In this document: one piece after another, positions 25,649-36,105 of the stretch
Numbering within the stretch: position 1 is the first letter of the stretch
Layout of the letters: each line of letters begins with the position of its first letter
Source of the DNA: Nemertoderma westbladi
Taxonomy: Eukaryota > Animalia > Xenacoelomorpha
Length of the DNA stretch: 64,000 nt
NCBI GenBank assembly: GCA_032718475.1
Contig: JAUCBJ010000915.1
Span: 9,860 to 73,859 of the forward strand
Reading direction: 5' to 3'
The notes under the pieces: generated by a model
Told to the model about the DNA's origin: nothing
Seen by the model: only the letters and a program-made list of their open reading frames with translations
Database searches by the model: none
Translations under genes and position numbers: made by a program

Positions 25649-27385
25649 TTGGCAAGGCACCACCAAGCAGGTGAGCGAGCGAGGAAGTTCGTAATGGCGG
25701 AGAGACTTGTCAGGAAGAGAAAGATGGAAAGAAGTGGAAAGGAGATACTAGTAGACTTCACGCAAAGGCATCAGGAGGAGAAGACGAGGGGATACTACGA
25801 GCCGTTAGCAAAGGGTCACAAAGCGCGGGCGCTGCAGGACCACTTCAGGGAGATGCACGAGAGGCGACTGGTCGGTACCTACATGACACCGTCACTAGAC
25901 AATGCGATCCTCGAGCATTTTCACTACGTAGTAAAGGGAAACGAAGCGAAGTTCAAGATACCGAAGTACCCGAGAGAACCACCAAGAATGGACTGGCGGC
26001 GGTTCGTAGAGTCCATAAACAGGGGAGGATACATGGTCCTAGACGACGAAGGGACTGTGGAGGACAAAGAGGGTTCGAGAAGAGGGTCGGCGGGGTCGGC
26101 CAGAACCATACTACTGCATTTGGCTGCACCAAATGGAGACATATTCCTATTCGATCTAGGAACGTATGGGAAGAAGAGCAGGCTGAAATTAAACCGGTTG
26201 CCAGGGGTGGTGCAGAACCTAGTAAGGGAGAAGTCAACGATGAAGGTGGGATCGGCGATCCGCAACGATGCGGAGAGGATCGTCGGACCGGAGACCCCCA
26301 ACCTCCTGGACATGCAAGCGGTCTACAGAGCCATGACAGGGCCAGACGGGTTGGGATTGGTAGAGAAGACAGGACATTGCGGAGCAGTGGCGAAGGGCCA
26401 GCTCATGGGGCTCGTCTGCCATAAGCCGATGGTCTGGGGTAAGTTCCGAGAGGAGTACGGAGCAGAGATGGCGAACTTGTTGAAGTGGGGAGCGAGGCCA
26501 GGGAAACAGGAGGTGTATCAGTTCCAGAGAGGAGCGATAAAGATATATCAGAAGCGAAATATCCTACAGGAGGATTGGATAATGATAGGTCTATTAAACC
26601 TATTCATTGCCGTGGTTATCGGAAGAGAGCCAACGGCGTTTCTGCTATCAGGATCACCCCTGAACTACAGAAGAGCCTTCAAGGTGGCCTTCGAAGGTCT
26701 GGCAGACCACCCGGGGCTGAAGGGCGAGTCGGTATACTACAACTGCCGGCATCTAGTAGACAGGGAGGTGGATACACCATATCAGAGGTGGGAGAATCTG
26801 GAGGCGGATAGACTGGAGGAGAAGCGACTGGAAGAAGTCGCCAGACGAGAAAGGAAGGAGGCAGACGAAAGAGAGGCGGAAGCTAGAGGAGAGGACTATG
26901 GGTTCGAGGCCCAGAACTTGGACAAGCTGAGGTGGGGATCAGGGAGCTCGGGCGAGTTTCTGGGGGAGGAGCTAGGATGGACGGAAGAATTGCCGAAACA
27001 GTCGACATCAGGATTGCAAGCGATGCCCATGCCAACGAGCTCTGAGGGCGATTTCATGAGGAAGAGACCGAGAGAACAGGAAGGATGGAAAGTTACTGGC
27101 AAAAGCCAAGGTGGGAAGGGACACAGTGGGTCTGCCGGGATACCGGGTCTGGATCCACTCCCAGCGGGGGATGAGGATGACGACGAGTTCAGGGAGATGC
27201 CGCCCATCGAGAGCATCGGCCACTCAGACACGGACTGGGTTGGCGGGAGAGTGGTGACGGCCAGCGGGGCAAGGGCCTTCAAGGATAAACCCGGCAAGCA
27301 GATCTGGGTGCACGAGGAGCCGGCGATGGATTTCGCGGGAGCACCATCACGTTGGGCGAGCAACCGGGAACGGCACCATGGGTAG
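25649..27385 (+). CDS. Extra ORF of copy 2: DEDDy-type (RNase D/WRN/EXD-like) 3'-5' exonuclease domain protein; first ATG at 25694
   Basis: MVLDDEG (ExoI DxE), LLHLAAPNGDIFLFDL, LPGVVQNLVREKSTMKVGSAIRNDAERI (ExoII), NLLDMQ, with order and spacing as in DNA_pol_A_exo1/WRN-exo domains. ExoIII is atypical (YQKRNILQED). Confidence 0.72.
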   Translation: MARHHQAGERARKFVMAERLVRKRKMERSGKEILVDFTQRHQEEKTRGYYEPLAKGHKARALQDHFREMHERRLVGTYMTPSLDNAILEHFHYVVKGNEAKFKIPKYPREPPRMDWRRFVESINRGGYMVLDDEGTVEDKEGSRRGSAGSARTILLHLAAPNGDIFLFDLGTYGKKSRLKLNRLPGVVQNLVREKSTMKVGSAIRNDAERIVGPETPNLLDMQAVYRAMTGPDGLGLVEKTGHCGAVAKGQLMGLVCHKPMVWGKFREEYGAEMANLLKWGARPGKQEVYQFQRGAIKIYQKRNILQEDWIMIGLLNLFIAVVIGREPTAFLLSGSPLNYRRAFKVAFEGLADHPGLKGESVYYNCRHLVDREVDTPYQRWENLEADRLEEKRLEEVARRERKEADEREAEARGEDYGFEAQNLDKLRWGSGSSGEFLGEELGWTEELPKQSTSGLQAMPMPTSSEGDFMRKRPREQEGWKVTGKSQGGKGHSGSAGIPGLDPLPAGDEDDDEFREMPPIESIGHSDTDWVGGRVVTASGARAFKDKPGKQIWVHEEPAMDFAGAPSRWASNRERHHG

Positions 27386-27694
27386 TGTTTGGAGAGACGA
27401 TGCTGAGGCGGGACAAGGACGTAGACATGGACAGAGACTTTAACGTCCAGAAGTTTGCTTACCAACGGCTCCATAGACCTAGGAGACTGCTCGGGGCAAA
27501 AGACGACTTGGGGCGGGATGTGTTGAAACACGGCTGCGATTACTGCGGGAGGCTTACTCACCAGGAAAAGCGCTGTTTGTATCACTTCCAGAAGGGGACG
27601 AGTTGCCTCTACTGCCGCGAGTTGAGTCATAGGATGGGGGTGTGTCCGAGGTTGAACAACCGCTGTTCTAAGTGTAACTTCCGAGGGCACTATG
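27352..27694 (+). CDS. Frameshifted C-terminal part of the extra ORF: tandem CCHC zinc knuckles, third one cut by LTR insertion
   Basis: CDYCGRLTHQEKRC, CLYCRELSHRMGVC, CSKCNFRGHY|. The remainder of ORF 27352-27906 is LTR/Ginger read-through. Confidence 0.75.
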
Positions 27695-27818
27695 TGTTAA
27701 GAGCGATGATAAACACATGTGTACTGTACTGGGCCTTTAATGAATTTTGTAGTTATTATTATTTTGAGAGGGAAATTCAAAATCTCCAGGAGGTACTGGA
27801 AATGAGTTATCTTACCGG
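27695..27818 (+). repeat. 5' LTR of copy 3, first segment
   Basis: tgttaagagcgatga..cttaccgg matches 63322-63445 with 2 visible substitutions. Confidence 0.95.
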
Positions 27819-28774
27819 TGTCACAAGGAAATCAGCCCCCCCTAGAATATGCCCCCCGGGGCATTATTTCCTAGGATATTATGTCCCCCCGGGCAATTTT
27901 TCCTAGGAAATTTAGCCCGGGGGGCATTTTCTCCTTAGGAAATAATGCCTCCCCTCAGGAAAATTAGCCCCCCTCAAAAGTCTGAAAACTGGTACGATAC
28001 CGGTCTGCTGGCCCTATTGAAAAGTTTTACATGTACGCCGAGCACGTTCGGCGCAGCACTAGAACTTGCGCCGGGAGCTGGCGCAGAAATGTGCTACGCC
28101 GGGCAATGAGCCGGAAGGGTTGGCGCAGAGATGTGCTACGCCGGCGTAGCCGGCGGAGCACTGCCAATGGTAGAGATGCTGCGCTCGGCGCAGCAGGCGT
28201 CGAAATATTCCCGGCGTCGACGCTGCAGAAATTGACCCGGCGCCGGAGCAGGAATCAGCCCAGCACACCCGGCGTACATATTTGCCTGGCGCAGAAATCA
28301 GCCGAACCTAGCACCAGGCAGACAGTGAGACTGAGACAACAGACATGCGTTCATCAGACCAACAGCACAGCAACACAATAACAACTGGCATTGCAGGAGG
28401 GAGAAAGGAAACTCACACTGCAGCACTGGCTGACTGCAACTGGTCATTTATTTACGTATTTAACCTTATGCTGTTATGCAGTAGGCAGGTAGGCTATCAC
28501 AGTTCCAGCTATCAGCTGATCAGTCATTATTGCTATTGGTCATAGTCAGATTATTTATTTTACATAATATTGCTGTATTGTATAAGCTATATTTATATTA
28601 TATTATATTATTTGGATGGAGACACCGCTGTCATAGAAGCGTATAAATAAAACTGCACATATAATAAAACAGGCAGACAGAATGAAGTTGAATAGTGAAT
28701 AAAACAAAACGACTTATACTATGGCACTATTGATAATGAAACAATTTATTACCGACACACATGTGTAACCATTG

Positions 28775-29470
28775 GAAATTGAGTTCAATGACTCCAAGTG
28801 CAAGGTCATGCATGCATCTAGGTTCTAGAAATCCCCAAGCAACTTTTTACACAATGAATGGACGGACACTTTTATCGGCAACCGAGGAACGTGATTTTGG
28901 AATTACATTTACACCAGACTTGTCCTTCACAGCATCACAGCTCACTGCACAAAGACTGCAGCCCGCTCCATGCGAGTCGTACATTTAATACGAAGAACTT
29001 TTACATATTTGGAAGCTCCGATGTTTACCCTCTGACCCTGTTATACAAATCCCTTGTTCGGCCTCTCCTTGAATACAACACAGTTGTTTGTTCGCCATTC
29101 CTCCGACATGATAAATATTGAACGTCTTGAACAAGTACAACACCGTGTGGTCACTCGCCTTGTACAGTTGTACTATCGCTGGCTGAGTTGTCATATGAAA
29201 ACCGACTACTTGCACTCAAACTACCGACATTAATATATTGCCGTGTACTAGCCGACCTTATAACAACATACAAGTTTATCAACGGGATTAACAAAATTGA
29301 GCGAAGTAATTTCTTCCAGTTTCGTTCCTAACTCCACCAATGCTAACACGCAACAACTTTGCAGACACCGTTGTAAACATTTGGAATCCTTTACCATTAC
29401 CGGAAAGTGTTGTTAATGCACGTAATACCCTTGGTACTCAATGATTGAGCATATTCAAAAAAAGACTAGA
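28775..29470 (+). pseudogene. CR1-clade LINE 3' fragment
   Basis: MHLGSRNP..YTMNG..EERDFGITFTPDLSF and LYKSLVRPLLEYNTVVCSPF are typical post-RT CR1 motifs; frameshifted. Confidence 0.8.
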
Positions 29471-30674
29471 CTGCGAAATGTCCCTTAAAATGAATATATA
29501 GTGATACTCCTGTGCCCCAAGTGGCAGTAGCGAAAGCGAAAACGATTTCTTTATTAAAATCTAGCTACAGTACCTATTATTTTCATTTTTTCAATCCCAA
29601 AAAAACATTTTTTTGTGTTAAATTTTAAAATAGAGTTTTTTATGTTTAATTGTTTTCCTATCTTTTGTAGTTACTTTACTTTGCGCGCGTTTTATTTCTA
29701 CAGTAATATTTTACTTATGCGACATACGGTACTACTGTACAGTACAGTGTACCTGCGGTACCAAATATATGTTCCGTATAACTACGTATTGTTGTGTTGT
29801 ATCCTATAGTGTATTGTAAACTTGTCCTTATTAATATGTTTGCCTTTAGTACTGTATGTTGTTGAAGCCCTTGAACCTACTGTAAGTATGCTTTGCCGGT
29901 TTTTAATTTAATTTTAGTGTAATTTCATTTTTTTTTATAATTAATATGCACCAACTGTACTGTAAGTACTGTAAATAAACTATAATTTTAAATATTTTAC
30001 TAATTTTACCTGAATACCATTATCCGTATTTTTAGTACAATAGTACATACGCTTATTAGCGTACTTTGCCAGATGTGTTCATTTTATTTTAATCTACTGT
30101 ACGTGTATGTACATATGCAAAAATTAATATTATATTGTTATTCTGGCGATATTAATAACATAACATATATACAGCTAGTCATTATTCATTCAGACATACC
30201 GTATCTGTAGCATAGACGTATACCAGACCACAGTACGTAGTATGTAATAAAGTAGAACGTAGTACATAAATACAAGGACTAGGCCTACACTGAAGTAGTC
30301 TTTAATATTCTTTCTATAATTCATATTGTAACATTTGAGTAATTTCAAAAAATGTACACTTTACTTGACAACAAAAATTTACATGCAGTGTTTCTTAAGT
30401 AGTTGTTTCGTAATGTTACACTTTTGGAATAAAACAACGTACCTACTGTACTTGTTGCATTTGTCTTTATTAAGGTTTTCCGTCTCTGTATCCTTATTTT
30501 CATTTCACCCACCCACAACTTTCGTTCGTTTACAGGTTTAAGTAAACTCGGATTTGTGCAGCTGCAGTATTATAGATAACCGAATAAACTACAGGTACTG
30601 TACAGTATAACAGGCTGATTTTATGTTTTATACCAGTCAGCCCGGTGCGGCTTTGAAGAGCCGGTGGAAGATTT

Positions 30675-30922
30675 TTCACCCGGCGCAGAATTTTGCATTG
30701 CACAGAGCCGGCGCAGGATTTTTGCACCTGGCATGGGCGTTGGTTTGCACAGAGCCGGCGCAGGATTTTTTGCACCCGGCGTGGTTTTGCACAGAGCCGG
30801 CGCAGGATTTTTTGCACCCGGCGTGGTTTTGCACAGAGCCGGTGCAGGATTTTTTGCACCCGGCGTGGTTTTGCTCAGAGCCGGCGCAGGATTTTTGGCA
30901 CCCGGCGCCGCGTTCGGCGCAG
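30675..30922 (+). repeat. 42-bp subterminal tandem repeat
   Basis: cacagagccggcgcaggattttttgcacccggcgtggttttg at 30748, 30790, 30832 and flanking variants. Confidence 0.9.
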
Positions 30923-31169
30923 AAAATAAAACTTTTCAATAGGGTCTGCTGGTAGCCACTTTTAATCTACCAACTGCAGAACTTGTAATAGTTGGAAGAA
31001 TAGTACGGTACCGGTCTGCCGGTAGGTAAACAGGTAAGGCAGTAAGGGATGTAGAACAGCATACTGAAGTATCTAAGTCAGTAGGCTACTGTAGTAACTA
31101 CTGGTATAACAGCAGTGCGAGTGTGTGGTGTTGTGTGGGCGCCGAGCAGCTCCAAGCTTTTTTAAGTCT

Positions 31170-31490
31170 TTAACCTGCTCCTTTCCCTGATTTGGTAAAG
31201 CGATTGTTTATTGTTTTGGTTAGAAAATCCCGCCTCTGTAACCTGCTCCTTTCTCTCAATTGGTAATGTTATCGTTTATTGTTTTGGTTAGAAAATCCCG
31301 TCTCTGTAACCTGCTCCTTTCCCTGATTTGCTAAAGTGACTGTTTATTGTTTTGGTTAGAAAATCCCGCCTCTGTAACCTGCTCCTTTCCCTCAATTAGT
31401 TAAATGATCGTTTATTGTTTTGGTTAGAAAGGCCTGCCTCTGTAACCTGCTCCTTTCCTTCATTTGGTAAAGTGAATGTTTATTGTTTTG
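31170..31490 (+). repeat. ~68-bp tandem repeat (about 4.5 copies) inside the Ginger-like element
   Basis: gtttattgttttggttagaaaatcccgcctctgtaacctgctcctttc repeated. Confidence 0.9.
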
Positions 31491-31671
31491 TATAATTTTT
31501 GTAAGTTTTAGTAGTAATAAGTTTTGTTTATTGTATAATTCAGGGGGGGCATAATTTCCTAAGGGGGGGCATTTTTTCCTAGGGAAATTTGCCCGGGGGG
31601 GCATTTTTTCCTAGGAATATATGCCCCCCCGGGCACATTTCCCGGGGGGGCATATTTTCCTGTTACACCGG

Positions 31672-32500
31672 TCGTGAAAAAGACTGAAAAGCTGTACTGC
31701 TGTGTACAGTGTACCGGTTCCATGGTTGATATTATATATCATATTAATTGTTCGTTATGTAACTGTCAGGGATTCTACCGAATAGGCCTAACCTAATGCA
31801 GTAATGGTTATGACTCATCTCCGTGCGTCTTCGGTTGACAGGTGATCAGCTCGTTGATTCGTATCGGGTTAGAAGCTCTACCCCTAATATATACATTGGT
31901 TTAAGGTACTGTTCATCCCATTATTACAAACGAAGCAAGACGCTACAACCTTGGGCCAATCTAAATTTACTAATAACAACCTTATATAATAACCCCATGC
32001 GGATGTTCGATTTAGTATATAGTTTATCTTAAATTTAGTAAATAGTTATAATCTATCTTGTAATATCTATCCTACAGCCGTACTGAGAGCTGGAGAGATT
32101 TTCATTTGTGATCGTGTTTTATGTGTTTTGTCAGTGCAAAGTTGAACTTTAATCCTTTGTTTTTCAGCACTAGGCCTAGTGTTTTTCGATGTACAATATT
32201 ATTGCATTATTGAGTTTACTTTGTGCCCTCTTCTTCTTTTTATTCTTTGTTTACTGTAATATACCCAAGGTGTACCGGTACTAATAATTTAGTACACCTT
32301 GAATATACCGTATCCGTGTATAGACTGCCAATTCTGTCTGTACGGCCTTATGGGATTGCCGTAATATAGTTTCTAGTGGTAAAGTGATGAATGTTTCTCT
32401 TGTAAATATTTATATATCTACTTATAGACTAGTTAAGTAATATTAAATGGTGTATCAGCTTGATAATCCCCTCCTTTACCAATTTATTTATTCAACAAAT
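31672..32500 (+). repeat. 5' LTR of copy 3, second segment (right end uncertain)
   Basis: 31672-32224 matches 63446-64000 almost exactly; the end at about 32497 (ttcaaca) is a guess. Confidence 0.85.
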
Positions 32501-33336
32501 TTGTCGGCCTTACATACATTGTAATAACTAAACATTTGTAATAGTCGAGCGTCTGATTAACGCGGTAACGCATTATAAAGTATTACAAAGAATAAACCCT
32601 GCTTGGGCAAACAGCCTCTGGCCTTCCTAATTAAAAGCGTCTCAGTTCGGCTTCCTTAAAATTAACCGCCGGAAGTTAAATAAATCATTAAATTTCGCTC
32701 ACTTCCGGTATAATTTAAAATCGCTTTTAATAATCACAAATGATATACTGTTGCACCCCATGAAGGGTGTAAATCTGTTTGTGCCTTCTTTACCGGAGCA
32801 GTATACCGGTAATTGGTTTTCATAGTTAAACTATACCTTTGTTATATAAGTACCGGTATAGTACCGGTATATATATATATATATATATATATGCATTGGC
32901 CGATAAGGGCCAGTGCGAATATATAACTTTTGAGCATACCCAACAAACTTGCTTAGATGTAAATGAAATACTAATATGATCCACTAGGGGGCTCTAATTA
33001 ACAAGTAGTGAGGTATGGCCCTTCCAGAACTTTTTTCCTTCTAAAATATATTTTGAAATAGCAATAAATACCACGATGTTCCACGCAGTGGTGGAAGAAA
33101 ATAATTGACACAATGGCACTAATTATAGAGTTTTCTTTAAAAAAAAAATATAGGTAGAATATTGACGCCGAAACAAGGAAAAGTGACGAGAAACAGAAGT
33201 GCAAAAATGCAGAATCTGATAATTACATATGTTTCTACTCAACGAATTTCCCTGAAATAAATTGAACAGCAATAATTTTTGATTCATGAATAATTATTAT
33301 AGCTTTTGTTGGGCACAGCTTAGCAAAGACAAGAAT

Positions 33337-33401
33337 GACGTCCAGATGGGATCGAAGTGGTGACCGCCAGTTTGGCGCTCTTACCATTCCGCTAGCGGCT
33401 C
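33337..33401 (-). other. Degenerate tRNA-derived / Pol III promoter-like sequence
   Basis: Minus strand has A-box TAGCGGAATGG and B-box-like CTTCGATCC; too short and imperfect for a functional tRNA. Confidence 0.35.
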
Positions 33402-34639
33402 AGGCCAAAAAAAAAGGTAGACCTTGAAATACTACCGAATATACCTAGCTCCCATCTGTCAAACCATATCTGCAGCCACTATATTCAATTCTTTGTTATT
33501 ATGTGTTTTGCCGTCTCTTGTACTTCACTAAGCTGTGCCAAACGGAAGGTGTTTAATAATTTGCACAAATACAACATGAATACACATGAATAATTATGGA
33601 AATTTGATTCATTTAGCGGCCACTACAGTTTAACATAACAAGACATAGTTTGAAACCTAAAAAACATGGAAATATACTTTAGGATTGTAATGTTGCATGC
33701 TATTTAAGGTATGTATGGTATGGTAATAACTATGCTTGGCATGGTATCGTCCAACCCTTAGTCTTAGGGCATGCTACAGTTTATGTTTGGTTTGCTGATA
33801 TAAGATGTATGCTATGCATGCTATGTTAACTAACTGTAGATGTTATGTTAGGTATGTATCCTATCATTTCACGACTACTAGAAACGATATTCTAGCGACA
33901 GGAATATAATCCATTAGCAGTTAGTATTGAAAACACTTCCCCCTTACAAATTCTGTATGTGCTATATTATTATAGCCATTATTTATGTGCCTCTATAAAT
34001 TTCATTATTATTCTATATCTATAATATTGTTATAGGGCCTATTCTATATTTGTCATTGTCTCGACCAGCTGAATTATTATATAGTTATGCATTATGTTAT
34101 GTTATGTATGTATGCTATGGTAATATACTATGCTATGCTATGCTATGATATGACATTTCCTTCATTGGGTGTATCCAATGGGAGATTTGTCTTGAAGGAA
34201 CCAGACCAATTTAAATGGCCCTTAGGAACAGTGTCTACTGAGGGCCATTTTACATTTAAGTGTCTCCAATGAGACATTGTCTTGAATGGGCCACTTTAAC
34301 TTTAACTTTTAACCCTTTTTTACACCTTTAACCCTATTCATACCGGAAATAATAATACAAAATTAACTCTTATTATTGTGCCTAAATTCACATTTTTAGG
34401 TTTTCTGGGGCGCTGATTATATAAGGGAAATATTCCAATTTCTTGGGAAGTTTTTTTTATTATTATATATTTATAATTTTGTTATTAGTTTTGTTTAGTA
34501 TTAATTTTGAACACACCTCCGAAAAATACAATTTGAAATGTCTAAAGCCGTTTTCATTTATTCCAATGAATTCAGAACCAACGTAAAACACATGTAATGC
34601 GAGAAACAAGATGTAGAAATCAATTCGTATGTATTGCCA

Positions 34640-35195
34640 TCTAGGGCCATTTTAGATTTAAGTGGCTCAAATGAGACATTGTCTTAAAGGGGCCACTTCC
34701 TTATAAATGACCTTTACGAACATTGTCTACTGAGGGCCATTTTACATTTAAGTGGCTCAAATGAGACATTGTCTTAAATGGGCCACTTCCTTTTAAATGG
34801 CCCTTACAAACATTGTCTACTGAGGGCCATTTTACATTTAAATGGCTCAAATGAGACCTTGTCTTAAATGGGCCACTTCTTTATAAATGACCTTTACGAA
34901 CATTGTCTACTGGGTGCCATTTTACATTTAAGTGGCTGAAATGAGACATTGTCTTAAATGGGCCACTTCCTTTTAAATGGCCCTTACGAACATTGTCTAC
35001 TGGGTGCCATTTTACATTTAAGTGGCTCAAATGAGACATTGTCTTAAATGGGCCACTTCCTTTTAAATGGCCCTTACGAACATTGTCTCCTCACTACTGA
35101 GGGCTATTTTATATTTAAGTGGCTCAAATTGGACAATGTCATGAATGGGCCACTTCCTTTTAAATGGCCCTTAGGAACTTTGTCTAATGAGGGCC
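34640..35195 (+). repeat. 90-bp tandem repeat, ~6 copies
   Basis: a.tggct.aa at 34661, 34751, 34841, 34931, 35021 and ~35118; one further copy near 34180-34295. Confidence 0.95.
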
Positions 35196-35526
35196 ACAAT
35201 CATTAATATAGGAATTGAATTGCCGTAATACAATAGGTTACTTTAGGTAGTTAACAACCCCCCCCCCCCCCCCCCCCCCCCCCCACAAGCGTGAGCGCAA
35301 CCAATTTGACTGAGGTGGAACCTGACAAAGACAAAACTTTCACCCCTTTGCAAATCCCCTAGTTTCTAATACAAAAACATTCCTTGATTTTTAAGAAATA
35401 AAATATAAAAATATAAAAAATGGCCCTAAATTTACAAAATTACATTCCTAAACTACACTCAGAGGTGTGACGCTGAATATGGCTTCTACTAAAAAGGCCT
35501 GTGCTCCACTGGTAACTCATGAGGTT

Positions 35527-36105
35527 AGCACGAACTTAGTTCCAATCGCACATTTTCAAAGGCGAACTTATGTAGTTCCAATTGAAACGCATTTAGTTCC
35601 AAAATAAATTTTACAAAGCGAACTTAGTTCCAATCGAGGCGAACTTAGTTCCAATCACAGAATATCAAAACGAACTTAGTTCCAATGGAAGCGAATTTAG
35701 TTCCAATGCATGCGAATTTAGTTCCAATGGGTACGAACTTAGTTCCAATGTTTCAATCGTGGGGATAGCCACGTGTGTAGCACGAACTTAGTTCCAATCG
35801 CACATTTTCAAAGGCGAACTTAGTTCCAATTGAAACGAATTTAGTTCCAAAATAAATTTTACAAAGCGAACTTAGTTCCAATCGAGGCGAACTTAGTTCC
35901 AATCCCAGAATATCAAAACGAATTTAGTTCCAATGAAAGCGAATTTAGTTCCAATGGGTACGAACTTTTTTCTCTAGTTATTGGAACTAAGTTCGCCTAA
36001 ATTGGAAATAAATTAGCCAAAATTGGACCTAAATTTGATTCCATTGGAACTAAATTCTTTTCCATTGGAACTAAATTCGCTTGAGGCTTAAATTTGAACT
36101 AAGTA
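35527..36105. repeat. Array of GAACTTAGTTCCAAT motifs that inverts orientation at ~35975 (foldback MITE-like)
   Basis: More than 15 direct copies 35530-35965 (including a ~250-bp duplication), then ATTGGAACTAA copies 35979-36104. Confidence 0.85.

Larger units (their letters stand above)
15839..27694 (+). mobile_element. Bel/Pao LTR retrotransposon copy 2 (degenerate), carrying an extra exonuclease/zinc-knuckle ORF; interrupted at 27694 by copy 3
   Basis: Putative LTR and PBS, then Gag-PR-RT-RH-IN in Bel/Pao order. The same purine-rich composition continues through the extra ORF and ends abruptly at the copy 3 LTR. Confidence 0.85.
28012..30944. mobile_element. Non-autonomous foldback-like TIR element with 8-bp TSD
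   Basis: TIR CCCTATTGAAAAGTTTTA / TAAAACTTTTCAATAGGG; TSD TCTGCTGG (28004-28011, 30945-30952); GC-rich subterminal repeats at both ends. Confidence 0.85.
27819..31667. mobile_element. Non-autonomous Ginger1-like DNA transposon
   Basis: TGTCACA...TGTTACA termini; imperfect G/C-run-rich TIRs (~150 bp); CCGG TSD (27815-27818, 31668-31671); empty site ttaccggtcgtg visible in the 3' LTR. TGT..ACA ends with a CCGG target are characteristic of Ginger1. Confidence 0.85.

Noticed and set aside
25649-27385. env gene for the extra ORF
   Set aside because: No signal peptide or C-terminal TM anchor; only one moderately hydrophobic helix, located at the end of the exonuclease-like domain.
26896-27690. 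264-aa antisense ORF and other antisense ORFs over the Bel/Pao genes
   Set aside because: Shadows of purine-rich sense coding; no motifs.
30530-30955. Overlapping repetitive ORFs in several frames
   Set aside because: Consequence of a stop-free 42-bp repeat.
31823-32032. 69-aa ORF repeated at 63597
   Set aside because: Identical only because it lies within the two LTRs.
35527-35965. CRISPR-like short repeats with variable spacers
   Set aside because: Repeat only 15 bp, spacers mostly 5-15 bp and themselves duplicated; orientation inverts.
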